Below, one piece after another: positions 33,421 to 47,862 of a DNA stretch of 64,000 nt; within the stretch, counting starts at the first letter, position 1, and each line of letters starts with the position of its first letter. Source of the DNA: Anthoceros angustus (Eukaryota; Plantae; Anthocerotophyta). The position numbers were made by a program, and so were the translations under genes. Under the pieces are notes generated by a model. That model made no database searches. It was not told where the DNA came from and saw only the letters and a list, made by a program, of their open reading frames with translations. The stretch spans positions 1 through 64,000 of the forward strand of contig MU008181.1 of NCBI GenBank assembly GCA_010909165.1, written 5' to 3'.

Positions 33421-36400
33421 GGTCAAGCAGTCCTTCTCTCACCGCAATCTATCAGGATCCAGTATCGGGATTAGGACCCCATGCACACGCCACACACAAA
33501 TCAAGGTAAGAAAGTTCCTTCTCACTAAAGCCAGTTACCATCTTCTCTCGAAGGAGTCTCCTCATAGCTTGTATGTTGGGATGTCCCAAGCGGCAATGCC
33601 ACTTAAACGCACTGCTGGAATTGCCAGCCTTCGTACTAATATCAGTGACATTGGCTGATGCAGGTGGGACATCAGAAGAAAAGTCCAGCAAGTAAAGATC
33701 GAACAAAGGGGTCCCTCGAGCAATTACTTTTGATGGTGCTGACAACCTAGAGATATGGCATTTGATCCCCTCGAAAGTGATTCGGTACAGACCTGTCTTC
33801 CCAAGTGGCATTGTGCTCACCAGATTCTTAGCAAGGGCTGGAACATGTAGAGCACTCTCGAGTAAGTAAATGCGTCCTTGTGATTTGTATAGTTCATGTT
33901 CCCTTGATTGGAATAGTTGAGTTATCTCCTAATACCATGTCGATGGCATGTGGGAGATGGCTCATATGTGATAAAGACTTCCTCGAGCACATGTGGTTGG
34001 GCTCCATCCGAGAACCATTTCGTGACCTTTTGTAGAAAAGTGAGACATCGACCCAGCGAGCCGGAGTAGAAGCCCTAGGCATGTAGCTTGGTTTGCCTAC
34101 CTCACTCTCATCTTTAACTTTCTTCCTATGTCCTTAACCCAGTGACCTGGTTTCCCACAGTAGTTGCAATTTCCAGGCTTGGAGGTAGAATTGAAGGATG
34201 GGCGGCGGTGAGGAGGACATAGCGGACCTCTACCCACCATAACCACCTCTACCTCTCCCCCTACCTCTACCATGCCCTCTACCCCTGCCAGAGAACAAGG
34301 CTGTATCACTCTGTTTATGTGGGGCATGAGGCCTTGGAAGAACTACCCTTCATTTGTTTTCTATTGGCTTCAATTGCGGCAAGGCTCCTACAACATACAT
34401 GCAGAGGTTAGAAGTTGTTGGGGTAATTCTTTGGCAGTGTTCTTATTGCTGATGTTTGAAGGCAGGCTAAATATTCGTAGCTAGGTGGAAGTAAATGCTT
34501 GAGTGCTGCTTGATTCGGAGATGATTACTCCAGGAAGCAAGTCGGCTCTCAAAGCCACGAACTTAGAGACATGGCCCTCAGCAGGTCACTCTCCTTCATG
34601 CGAAGTGTTTGATATTGCGGTGTAGCTGCGACCTCTTACCATATCCTTAGTATCATAAGTTTCGATAGCAATGAACCTCGTTTGAAGTCTCGTCATTCTT
34701 ATATGGTATCATCTCTTGAGACACGGAAGCCACAAGAATGTTTCTTGCCTTCCTGTCTTTGTAATTCCATTCTAACTCATCCTTCTTTGTATATTTAGTG
34801 CAGGTACCACGGGTGAAGGAGGCGGAATCTGACAACTCTCTTGATACGGTCCCATCAACAACATCCATCAAAAGCTTCTCATCTAGGATACAACGCGCAC
34901 CACAGGCTCAGGCATCAAAATTATGTGAGGTCAAGCAGTCCTTCTCTTCAATCCCCGGATCCAGTATGGATTCAAGTGCACTTAGTCAAAACTCGACTTA
35001 AAGAGAACCCGGTAGCTGAGCCAAGCTCACAGCATTAATATCTATTCTTGTTTAGCCATTGTCACGAGATCGGAAATCCCCAAGCTCTCAAGTCGATCCT
35101 GTCTTGACTGCAGGTTATCAACACGAGTGGTGTACTCCAGCAATGTGCTCCTCACATTCAGGATAGAATTAAGAATAGCATCATACTCTGTGAACTTCTC
35201 TGGGTAGCGCTTGGAACTACTGGATTGCGGAACACTTGATGATCTTTGAATTAGTATCTTTAGTTTTCTCCTTCTTTGGGGTTGCTAAGGTTCTGAATCT
35301 AAATCACGGTCTTCCTGTGCAGATTGCAGCGATGCTTGCAAATTAACAAGAACTCTGAGAAAACGAGCTCTCTCGGCTCTCTCAGCTGAAGACGCTCCCT
35401 CCTTGAAGAACTTCTTTTCAAATTCGATGCATGTCTTGATTATGCAATTTTCCCCTCTCAAATTAAGGCGGGATTATACGAGAATTCTTTCGAGGCATCC
35501 TTGCTTTAGAGACTAGGGTTTCAGAGATACTCTATGTGTGAGAACTCCCATCACTTAGGATCGACAAATGGCTATAGATGAACAAGACATTCAAAGGTGC
35601 AGAACGCGCACATACCATGATCGTTTGTGGAAATCAGGCCCGGAGATCACCGTTGGTGAACTCGTAAAAGGAATACTTTACAATGAAGGGGGAACAAGGA
35701 TATAGAGTCCAAGTCCCATGAACGGTTACAACTGTGAACAATTGTCATTAGGGTTTGCCAAAGTAATTAACCCTTGGTATATAACAATGAACCATATAAT
35801 TATTGAACCAACAATGAACCTAATATAATTATTTATCAACATGTACTTTGTATTGGCGATCGGTTTCTGATCGCCGGCACTAAACAAGTTAATCTGAAAA
35901 GAAGTCGGATATCATCAACTTGACATACAAACTATTTAGAGCCATAACAAAATTGAAAATGAGTCACAACAAAGGTCAAGGTGTACAATATCCTTGATTA
36001 TCCATCAAAAATGAGAATATTTATGTATTCAAGTATTGACACTACCAATTTGGTAGTGCAATAATACAACCAACTCGACTTAAAGAGACCCGACAGGCGA
36101 GCCAGCTCCACGAAAGTAATGTCTATTCTTGTTTAGCCATTGTCGAGATCAATCCCCAAGCTCTCAAGTCGATCCTGTCTTGTTGCAGTTATCAACACAG
36201 TGGTGTACTCCGATGTGCTCCTCACGTTCGGGATAGAATTAAGAATAGCATCATACTACTGTGAACTTCTCTAGGTAGCGCTTGGAACTCTTTGGATTGT
36301 GGAACACTTGATGATCTTTGAATTAGTATCTTTGATTTACTGTGTTCTCCTTCTTTGGGGTTGCTAAGGTTACGAATCTAAATCACGGTCTTCTGCGGTG

Positions 36401-39330
36401 CAGTGCAAATTAACAAGAACTACGAGAAAGCGAGCTCTCGGCTCTCTCTGCAGCTCCCTCCTTGAAGAACTTCTTTTCAAAGTGCACTGTCTTGATTATG
36501 CAATTTTCCCCTCTCAAATTAAGGCGGGATTGCAGAGAATTCTTTCGAGGCATCCTTGCTTTAGAGACTAGGGTTTGAGATACTCTGTGTGTGAGAACTC
36601 CCATCACTTAGGATCGACAAATGGCTATAGATGAACAGAGACATTCAAAGTGCAGACGCATGGCTCACGATATGATACGTTTAAAATCGGGCGAATCACG
36701 CGTTAATTTGAACTCGTAAAGGAATACTTTACAATGAAGGGAACAAGGATATAGAGTCCAAGTCCATGAGCAGTTACTATGAATAATTGTCATTAGGGTT
36801 GCTAAAGTAATTAACCCTTGGTATATAACAATGAACCATAATATAATTATTGAACCAACAATGAACCTAATATAATTATTTATCAACATGTACTTTGTCG
36901 TAGCGATCGCGTTTCGATCGCCCGGCTTGACTAAGAACAAGTTAATCTGAAAAGAAGTCGGATATCATCAACTTGACATACAAACTATTTAGAGCCATAA
37001 CAAAATTGAAAATGAGTCACAACAAGGTCAAGGTGTACAATGTCCTTCGATTATCGACATCCAAAAATGAGAATATTTATGTATTCAAGTATTGACACTA
37101 CCAATTTGGTAGTCGTGACCAACTCTATATGACTAAATAATGCTCGGCAAACCATCGAGGTGTCATGCATGGATAATCTCCCTAAATCACCACTATAAGT
37201 GCTCATACCTCGGTTTCCTGGTAACACAAGATCGAGTCAGGACCCTCAATAAACAATATTCGAAGGGAAAATACTCCACTCTACTCAATCCATACAGATT
37301 ATTAACATGGGAAGCCCATTGCAAGCTCTATCAACTAGTACTACATGACCTGCACCACATGTTGTGCTTCCACGTTTTGCTGAATGTCCCAATGTCTATC
37401 ATGAGTGCTTAGCACGAAACCGTTTGACTACCAGCAATGCTCCATGTGGCAGGGAAGGAGAAGATCGTCTGCAACAGATTAAGAATGGTGAAGAGAAACT
37501 GAAGATCTTGTAAGGCTTAGGCATTCAGGGACTAGATATGGATGTGATACAAGAACAAAGACCAATTTCTTCTCTCTATCTGTTCTCCTTCATGCGAAGT
37601 GTTTGATATTGCGTGTAAACTCTGCTACCATATCCTTAGTATCATAAGTTTCGATATGGCCAAACCTCGTTTGAAGTCTCGTCATTCTTATATGAGGTAT
37701 CATCTCTTGAGACACGGAAGCCACAAGAATGTTTCTTGCCTTCTGTCTTTGTAATTCCATTCTAACTCATCCTTCTTTGTATATTTAGTCTGACCCGGGC
37801 AGAGAAGGGAGGCGATCGACAACTCTCCTTGATGCAGTCCATCAACAACATCCATCAAAAGCTTCTCATCTAGGATATACAACCACGGCTCAGGCATCAA
37901 AATTATGTGAGGTCAAGCAGTCCTTCTCCGCAATCTATCGGATCCGATGTATAGATTAGAGGACCCCATGCTTAGTCAAAACTCGACTTAAAGAGACCCG
38001 ACAGGCGAGCCAGCTCCACGAAAGTAATGTCTATTCTTGTTTAGCCATTGTCGAGATCAATCCCCAAGCTCTCAAGTCGATCCTGTCTTGTTGCAGTTAT
38101 CAACACAGTGGTGTACTCCGATGTGCTCCTCACGTTCGGGATAGAATTAAGAATAGCATCATACTACTGTGAACTTCTCTAGGTAGCGCTTGGAACTCTT
38201 TGGATTGTGGAACACTTGATGATCTTTGAATTAGTATCTTTGATTTACTGTGTTCTCCTTCTTTGGGGTTGCTAAGGTTACGAATCTAAATCACGGTCTT
38301 CTGCGGTGCAGTGCAAATTAACAAGAACTACGAGAAAGCGAGCTCTCGGCTCTCTCTGCAGCTCCCTCCTTGAAGAACTTCTTTTCAAAGTGCACTGTCT
38401 TGATTATGCAATTTTCCCCTCTCAAATTAAGGCGGGATTGCAGAGAATTCTTTCGAGGCATCCTTGCTTTAGAGACTAGGGTTTGAGATACTCTGTGTGT
38501 GAGAACTCCCATCACTTAGGATCGACAAATGGCTATAGATGAACAGAGACATTCAAAGTGCAGACGCATGGCTCACGATATGATACGTTTAAAATCGGGC
38601 GAATCACGCGTTAATTTGAACTCGTAAAGGAATACTTTACAATGAAGGGAACAAGGATATAGAGTCCAAGTCCATGAGCAGTTACTATGAATAATTGTCA
38701 TTAGGGTTGCTAAAGTAATTAACCCTTGGTATATAACAATGAACCATATAATTATTGAACCAACAATGAACCTAATATAATTATTTATCAACATGTACTT
38801 TGTCCGTGGCGATCAGGTTTCCTGATCGCCAGCCAGGCTAAGAACAAGTTAATACGAAAAGAAGTCCAGATATCATCAACCAGCATACAAACTATTTAGA
38901 GCCATAACAAAAAATTGAAAATGAGTCACAACAAGGTCAAGGTGTACAATGTCCTTCAGTTATCAGCATCCAAAAAATGAGAATATTTATGTATTCAAGG
39001 TATTGACACTACCAATTTGGTAGTCGTGACCAACTCTATATGACTAAATAATGCTCGGCAAACCATCGAGGGTGTCATGCATGGATAATCTCCTACTGAA
39101 ATCACCACTATAAGGAGTGCTCATACCTCGGATTTCTAGTCAGCCAACACAAGATCGGAGAGTCCGAGACCCTCAATAAACCGCAACAATATTCGAAGGG
39201 AAAATACTCCACTCTACTCAATCCATACAGATTATTAACATGGGAAGCCCATTGCAAGCTCTATCAACTAGTACTACATGACCTGCACCACATGTTGTGC
39301 TTACGTTTTGAATGTCTATACATCATGAGT
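33421..39330 (-). repeat. Near-identical tandem re-copies of copia-2 gag/PR/leader
   Basis: 33480-34980 repeats ~32000-33420; the leader block occurs at ~34985-36065, 36073-37430 and 37981-39330; gag fragment at 37580-37975. Copies differ mainly by small indels. Confidence 0.9.
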
Positions 39331-39523
39331 GCTTAACCGAAACTTGGTTGACTACCACAATGCTCCATGTGGCGGGGGAAGGAAGATAAATGCCGCATTA
39401 AGAATGGTGAAAGCGAAGATCTTGTAAGGCTTAGGCATTCAGGGACTAGATATGGATGTGATACAAGAACAAAGACCAATTTCTTCTCTCTATCTGTTCT
39501 CCTTCTCCCAAACATAATCATTG

Positions 39524-42500
39524 CTCCTCTCCCGAACATGATACCTACTCCAATCCTTCCCGAACATAAAGATTACAAAATATAAATATGTCTCGTACGG
39601 TGATTATTCTTTGAAATATGTGCAAGCATTGTTAAAATATGCTATGATAACACACATGATATTTTTGGCATATGCTGATGCCAATAAAATATCTTAGGAA
39701 AATGTCAATGCCAAGGGCTAGTATATATAGACCTTTTTAGAGAGGACAAGCTGGGATCATAGCTTGTCCTCTAGATATGCAATGTAAGAGTGCTGTGAGG
39801 AGGCCAAAGCTATGACTCCGAGAACGATGTGTGAGGAATTTGCGTGTTGTTCTCGTGGGGTTGATTGGTTTTGCGTTTTGTGAGGAATTTGCGTGTTGTT
39901 CTCCTACTGTTGATTGGTTTTCACCTATACTTGCATATTACATTTGTTTTTCTTGATTGTTTGTTGAGGAAGTGCTTACCTCGTGCGACATATGAGAATA
40001 CGAGAGAAAAAGAAAGAAGTGCGTTGAGTTGTCATGGAATTAGAATGCACACATAAAAACTCAAAAACGTTCAATATCTTTGGGTATAAAGCAGGTTAAT
40101 AAAAATCTGAGAATCTGAGAGAAAGAAAGAAGTCGTTGAGTTGTCATGGAATTAGAATGCACACATAAAAACTCAAAAACGTTCAATATCTTTGGGTATA
40201 AAGCAGGTTAATAAAAATACAGAATCTGGTTTTCTCACCGAGCCTTCTAACTCACCTTGGGGAGTTCACTGCGTGGGGTCAAGGGATATAAAACTACTAC
40301 GAAAGCATGTGAAGAAAATGATACTTGATCATCCCTTCCCACCCCCATTCGATCAAGATGGAATTATCCTATCATGGACTTTGGTACGGGACAACTTGTA
40401 GATGGTACCCCTAAGCTACAAGCACCAAGAGCGTCCACTCCCTCTAGGCACCCCCTTTAAGTACGATCGAAACGCAGGGTGCTTAACAACCACGTTGTTA
40501 TAAATGTGTGTCCGTCTGGAGAAGCTATACGCGTATTACCTAGGTCACATGAGTGCAATTGTTACACTCGTACAATGATACTGGACGGACGGGTCCCCAG
40601 GGGCTCTTTGTAAGAACCACGTCCTCTGTAGAAGTTGATGGAGTGGAGATCCGAGTTGTGGAGCGTGGCAGGTTAGGTCTATCAATCTGAAACGCAGTGC
40701 CCTCCGAAAGCGTTCCGGTTCGCAGCTGTGACGATTTCGTCATCCGAGACGGACAACGGAGCAGAGGCCTGATGCCAATGCACCTAGTTGTTCTGGTGTA
40801 GCTGCAGTGTGTGCTGCGACTCGCTTCTATCTGAGGGATGGAAAGAGAATTCCAGATTGCGGTCCAGCCGCATGTACCAGTTCGAGACCGCCGTTCCAGG
40901 CCCCTCTGTCCCAGGCCCAGTCTGGTTTACTCACCTAAGTCTTCAGGCTCTTTGCATGGCAAGGTCACACTATGCTCCCGACGTTGAAATCAAGGAAAAG
41001 TTTACAGAACTGTCACCGCGAAATGATACAGGATTCCTGCAGGAACGGGTTCCTGTTGCTCCAGATCCTGTGCATGACATGTGAGATCGAACGAAATCCC
41101 TGTCAAAATAGAGGGCAATTGGTAAACGAAGGACCCCCTGCTTTTGAGGAATTCTTTGTCCCCGGAGTAATGATCACGAGGTCAGTGGGCACAGGACCCG
41201 GCTTGAGGATCCGTCGGACTTCTCTGGTGCTAGCTAGGGTGACAACTGTTGGAGACTTGCTTGAGCGAATTCATCCCGTCTGATCAGTTGTAGACTTCAC
41301 GCATGTATGCGAACCTCCGCTAGCCATTGTGATCCAATTCACGACTCAAACACCCAAAGCTGACTAGAGTTTTATCAGTCTCCGGCTCCTCTCCGGACAT
41401 GATACCTACTCAATCCTTCGAACATAAAGATTACAAAATATAAATATGTAAATACGGTGATTATTCTTTGAAATATGTAAGCATTGTTAAAATATGCTAT
41501 GATAACACATGATATTTTGGCATATCTTGATGCAATAAAATATCTTAGGAAAATGTCAATGCGAGGCTAGTATATATAGACCTTTTAGAGGACAGCTGGG
41601 ATCATAGCTTGTCCTCTAGATGTCTAATGTAGTCTTGTGAGGAGGCCAAAGCTATGACTCGAGAGCGATGTGTGAGAATTTGCGTGTTGTTCTCGTGGGG
41701 TTGATTGGTTTTGCGTTTTGTGAGGAATTTGCGTGTTGTTCTCCCTCATTGATTGGTTTCACCTATACTTGCATATTACATTTGTTTTCTTGATTGTTTG
41801 TTGAGGAACCTCGTGGGCGATGAGAATCTGAGAGAAAGAAAGAAGTGCGTTGAGTTGTCATGGAATTAGAATGCACACATAAAAACTCAAAAACGTTCAA
41901 TATGCTGGGTATAAGAAACGAGTTAATAAAAAATACAGAATCTGGTTTTCTCACCGAGCCTTCTAACTCACCTTGGGGAGTTCACTGCGCCCAGATACCG
42001 GGTCAAGGGATATAAAACTACTACGAAAGCATGTGAAGAAAATGATACTTGATCATCCCTTCCCACCCCCATTCGATCAAGATGGAATTATCCTATCATG
42101 GACTTTGGTACGGGACAACTTGTAGATGGTACCCCTAAGCTACAAGCACCAGAGCGTCCACTCCCTCTAGGCACCCCTTTAAGTACGATCGAAACGCGGG
42201 TGCTTAACAACCACGTTGTTATAAATGTGTGTCCGTCTGGAGAAGCTATACGCGTATTACCTAGGTCACATGAGTGCAATTGTTACACTCGTACAATGAT
42301 ACTGGACGGACGGGTCCCCAGGGCTCTTTGTAAGAACCACGTCCTCTGTAGAAGTTGATGGAGTGGAGATCCGAGTTGTGGGCGTGGCAGGTTAGGTCTA
42401 TCAATCTGAAACGCAGTGCCCTCCGAAAGCGTTCAGTTCGCAGCTGTGACGATTTCGTCATCCGAGACGGACAACGGAGCAGAGGCCTGATGCCAATGCA

Positions 42501-44905
42501 CCTAGTTGTTCTGGTGTAGCTGCAGTGTGTGCTGCGACTCGCTTCTATCTGAGGGATGGAAAGAGAATTCCAGATTGCGGTCCAGCCGCATGTATGACCA
42601 GTTCGAGACCGCCGTTCCAGGCCCCTCTGTCCCAGGCCCAGTCTGGTTTACTCACCCTAAGTCTTCAGGCTCTTTGCATGGCAAGGTCACACTATGCTCC
42701 CGACGTTGAAATCAAGGAAAAGTTTACAGAACTGTCACCGCGAAATGATACAGGATTCCTGCAGGAACGGGTTCCTGTTGCTCAGATCCTGTGCATGACA
42801 TGTGAGATCGAACGGAAATCCCTGTCAAAATAGAGGGCAATTGGTAAACGAAGGACCCCTGCTTTTGAGGAATTCTTTGTCCCAGGTAATGATCACGAGG
42901 TCAGTGGGCTGGGACCCGGCGAGGATCCGTCGGACTTCTCTGGTGCTAGCTAGGGTGACAACTGTTGGAGACTTGCTTGAGCGAATTCATCCCGTCTGAT
43001 CAGTTGTAGACTTCACGCATGTATGCGAACCTCCGCTAGGCCATTGTGATCCAATTCACGACTCAAACACCCAAAGCTGACTAGAGAGTTTTATCAGTCT
43101 CCGGCTCACTCTCATTGCCAGGTATACAACAGCATGTAACCACAATACAGTCTTCACGTAAAGAATAGTCCACCTTCATCACGTCGTGTCCCCAAGATTA
43201 TGTACCGATTAACCGTTTGCTTGGCATATCTTGATGCAATAAAATATCTTAGGAAAATGTCAATGCGAGGCTAGTATATATAGACCTTTTAGAGGACAGC
43301 TGGGATCATAGCTTGTCCTCTAGATGTCTAATGTAGTCTTGTGAGGAGGCCAAAGCTATGACTCGAGAGCGATGTGTGAGAATTTGCGTGTTGTTCTCGT
43401 GGGGTTGATTGGTTTTGCGTTTTGTGAGGAATTTGCGTGTTGTTCTCCCTCATTGATTGGTTTCACCTATACTTGCATATTACATTTGTTTTCTTGATTG
43501 TTTGTTGAGGAACCTCGTGGGCGATGAGAATCTGAGAGAAAGAAAGAAGTCGTTGAGTTGTCATGGAATTAGAATGCACACATAAAAACTCAAAAGCGTT
43601 CAATATCTTTGGGTATAAAGCAGTTAATAAAAATACGAATCTGGTTTTCTCACGAGCCTTCTAACTCACCTTGGGAGTTCACGCCGGACCGGGTCAAGGG
43701 ATATAAAACTACTACGAAAGCATGTGAAGAAAATGATACTTGATCATCCCTTCCCACCCCATTCGATCAAGATGGAATTATCCTATCATGGACTTTGGTA
43801 CAGGACAACTTGTAGATGGTACCCCTAAGCTACAAGCACCAGAGCGTCCACTCCCTCTAGGCACCCCTTTAAGTACGATCGAAACGCGGGTGCTTAACAA
43901 CCACGTTGTTATAAATGTGTGTCCGTCTGGAGAAGCTATACGCGTATTACCTAGGTCACATGAGTGCAATTGTTACACTCGTACAATGATACTGGACGGA
44001 CGGGTCCCCAGGGCTCTTTGTAAGAACCACGTCCTCTGTAGAAGTTGATGGAGTGGAGATCCGAGTTGTGGGCGTGGCAGGTTAGGTCTATCAATCTGAA
44101 ACGCAGTGCCCTCCGAAAGCGTTCAGTTCGCAGCTGTGACGATTTCGTCATCCGAGACGGACAACGGAGCAGAGGCCTGATGCCAATGCACCTAGTTGTT
44201 CTGGTGTAGCTGCAGTGTGTGCTGCGACTCGCTTCTATCTGAGGGATGGAAAGAGAATTCCAGATTGCGGTCCAGCCGCATGTACCAGTTCGAGACCGCC
44301 GTTCCAGGCCCCTCTGTCCCAGGCCCAGTCTGGTTTACTCACCTAAGTCTTCAGGCTCTTTGCATGGCAAGGTCACACTATGCTCCCGACGTTGAAATCA
44401 AGGAAAAGTTTACAGAACTGTCACCGCGAAATGATACAGGATTCCTGCAGGAACGGGTTCCTGTTGCTCAGATCCTGTGCATGACATGTGAGATCGAACG
44501 GAAATCCCTGTCAAAATAGAGGGCAATTGGTAAACGAAGGACCCCCTGCTTTTGAGGAATTCTTTGTCCCCGGAGTAATGATCACGAGGTCAGTGGGCAC
44601 AGGACCCGGCTTGAGGATCCGTCGGACTTCTCTGGTGCTAGCTAGGGTGACAACTGTTGGAGACTTGCTTGAGCGAATTCATCCCGTCTGATCAGTTGTA
44701 GACTTCACGCATGTATGCGAACCTCCGCTAGGCCATTGTGATCCAATTCACGACTCAAACACCCAAAGCTGACTAGAGAGTTTTTATCAGTCTCCGGCTC
44801 ACTCTCATTGCCAGGTATACAACAGCATGTAACCACAATACAGTCTTCACGTAAAGAATAGTCCACCTTCATCACGTCGTGTCCCCAAGATTATGTACCG
44901 ATTAA
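39524..44905. repeat. Three tandem copies (~1.7-1.9 kb) of the MRS2 3' flank
   Basis: Units at about 39524-41385, 41386-43221 and 43222-44905; the identical peptide MDFGTGQLVDG... is seen in ORFs 42098 and 43740; the MRS2 stop region is also copied at ~43140-43218. Confidence 0.92.
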
Positions 44906-47382
44906 CCGTTTGTAGCGTGCATATGCCAGTACACTCCCGAAAATAAGAACACATGCAGCCCCTGTACAAATAACCACCTAGACCAAACGAGTGGAGGAGC
45001 GTCAGTTGGAACACGCACAAGGGATCTATCTGCAAACAGAACCTGTGCCTGGGACCAAATGCAACATACCCATTTGAACATGTACGAGTGGCCAGTATTC
45101 CACTTGTACGGAAGATTCATCCCGAAGATTCCGGTCACTAGGGCATACAGGGCAGTCACTACTGTTGCAGCGCTCAATATAAGCTCTAACTGCAAACACA
45201 GTCCAAATTGTCAGAGGACTTCACCGCTTAGAGAAGCCTGTAGACGTGAACAATTGAAGATGAATTGTTCTGGAGGAGTCCCGTGAGAAAGCCTCTAGCA
45301 TGCTGACAAAACCAACCCCCGGTAGCTGAATATATACTTGAGACTACTATCTCCAAATCAATGAACAAAGCTCAGGGTTCAAGGAGGAAATTCCATGGAA
45401 GTGGACCAATTACATAGAGTCACTTCGACAATGGCTCATGACATCTTCGGAAACATGTTGCTATGCTCACCAGACGAGTTCTTCATGAATGAACGCCAAG
45501 AACTGAAGAACAAAGGATGCAGAGATTGACCTGTATGAGTTGATTCCTGTGGTTGTCAAGCTGCACAACAAAATCGCGGGTGAGGCAACCTCTTGTAAGG
45601 TATCATGCCAGGATAAATTTCAAATTTGAAAGTGCAAAAACCACAAGATGAAAAATCCTTCCAAAAACACAACCGTACATACAGGAACGAAAGAAAGTAC
45701 TCAGCACCTGAATGTTGATGTAGTCCTCTGTGTCATCAATGTATTCTCGAAGCTGCAGCCAGTAACCTAGGAGGGTCCATCAAAGAGGCAGGTGGAAGAC
45801 ATTACCCAAGATCCTAGACACCAAAGTTACCTAACCACATCAAAGAAAAAGGGGGGTCTTAACTGTAGTGAGCTTGTTCAGAGTCCCATCAATCTGCATG
45901 AAGTATGCCTGCACAGCTGCAACACTGAGCTTTTTGCGAATAATGCAGCTGTTCGGGTCAACAGACTCAGCAGTCTCAAACCAAGCCACCACATTACCTC
46001 CAACAACATTTCGAGCTCCTCAATGTCCTCGGCACCATGAGTATAGGTAGACACCGTACTAGCTCTGCTAGCCCCTCGAGAGATTCTTGAGCCAATTGTC
46101 GGTGATGCGGCAACCCAGTTCCCAGGTGTCAAAGACGTCCCAGCTGTAGGAGATGCTGCTCCCATCATTTTTCTTGTCAGAAATAGGTCACCCATGTCCC
46201 CATCATCATCGAGAAGCTGTTCAAGCTCATCCCTTACCTGCCATTCAAAGTTAGTGATTTGAAAAAAGCAAGGTAGAGGAGAATCCACTACAATAAGGCC
46301 ACTACATCAATGCTTGAATACTGTATGATACTGCAGAAGGGGCAACACATTTACATCAAATGGCAAACCTCTTATGTCAGTGGACCACCTTTTGCACACG
46401 AGCAGTGAGTCTGGTCATCCCACTCTTCAGCTTTCTCACTTTGTCCAGATTCCGACTATTGATCTGTCAGAAAGCCGCTTACCAGGGTCAGCAGCACACC
46501 CACTAACACATGCCCTAAGACTTCCTAGACAAAAACAGAAGATCTTCGCCATGGAGGTTTCTTGCCTTATTAGTCAGCTCATCCAGAGCCGGATACGCAG
46601 ATGTCTCAAGTTCTGTCATGCGTGCATCCAGGAAGCTACAAATAGCTTCCAAAGCCACCTCCAATGCCCTAAACTCGAAAGGGGGAACTGCAGCCGGGGA
46701 TTTTTTTTTAATCAACGTCAGCCAACCCAAATGCTGATGTTGAAACCAAAACCTGCAGGGTAAGAAGAATTTACCCTCTCCACTACTATCCACATCATAG
46801 CCCTCTACTCCAAAATTGCCAGGTTGCTGCACATAGTTCTTCGCAGACAGCCTGCGAGAGAGCTCTTCTACAATTGGTATCACGTGCTCTCCCATGGGGT
46901 TCCTCAACAAAACCTGCAGGACCGGCGCAGAGGCTTCAGAACCTTTCCAGGCATCCAACAATGCGTACATAACATGGAAGCATTACCTCTTCAGCTGTTA
47001 TAATAGCCTTGATGTGCTACAAAACAAAAGGCACACACATCAGTCCAACACTCAACATCTGCACAACACAAAGGAAAAGGACAGCAGCTGGGCAGAACCT
47101 ACTGGCTAACTTTAGGTTTCCATTCACAAGACATTCACTCACATACACAAACAAAGCCACCCTCACCTCAAGATTCAGCACAATGGCCCGCTCACGCCCT
47201 AGGATGGTCGACGGATAGGACAGCAGAGGATCTAGAATCCGAAGATCACGGGCATGTATCCCAACCCGATGCATGATTGCATACTTGTCTACGTCCAGAG
47301 CAGTCCTGTGGCCATCGACGTCCAGCAAAACCCAACTCGTGCGAGATGCGCCCTTTTTCGGCCCCTGTGCCTGGCCCTCCAT
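44891..47382 (-). CDS. MRS2: MRS2/MGT (CorA-family) magnesium transporter, multi-exon
   Basis: Exon peptides SWVLLD...[126 protein letters not shown] (GMN signature), final exon ...[10 protein letters not shown] with stop at 44891-44893. Start taken at the in-frame ATG at 47382. Confidence 0.96.
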
Positions 47383-47837
47383 GGCTGCTCTTGGCCGCGT
47401 GGCCGCCCGAGGACCCGAATTCCCGCAAATCAACCTGCTGCAGCATTGCACAGGGCAGACCGAGAATGGTGAACATACTCCCTTATAGCTTCCGAGGCCA
47501 CAGTCTGCATGTCGACGGTTGTGATAATTATATGCAATTAATTTATTCTAACCTCGTTAAACGCACTGCAAAATTCCCAATTTTCCTGGGGGTTACCGTT
47601 CGACGTTTAAAATCGTCCAGGGACCACCAAGCCGCAATCTCAGGCTCCTGTAAAACGCGCACCAGGTTTTTCCGTTCCTCGGCCCCAGCCTCCCCGAAGA
47701 TGTGAAATGGGGAAGCGCTAAGACCTGGCGTTTGCGGACTGGTGCACGAAATAAGTCAGGCGCATCGGCTCTCTATCCCACGCGACAGTGCGCGCGGCCT
47801 TCGCCTGGTTCCCCTCCTCACTTCTCTGCATCCTGTG

Positions 47838-47862
47838 CTCGGCTCGGCTCGGCTCGGCTCGG
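47838..47862. repeat. (CTCGG)5 microsatellite in the divergent intergenic region
   Basis: Five perfect CTCGG copies. Confidence 0.9.

Noticed and set aside
42098-42358. Conserved small protein MDFGTGQLVDG... present in several copies
   Set aside because: Identity is explained by the local triplication; the diverged homolog at 54157 does not keep the frame.
47383-47476. Longer MRS2 N-terminus ([11 protein letters not shown]...) joined by a homopolymer frameshift
   Set aside because: Possible but unnecessary: an in-frame ATG in good context (GCCATGG) exists at 47382. Needs accurate reads to resolve.
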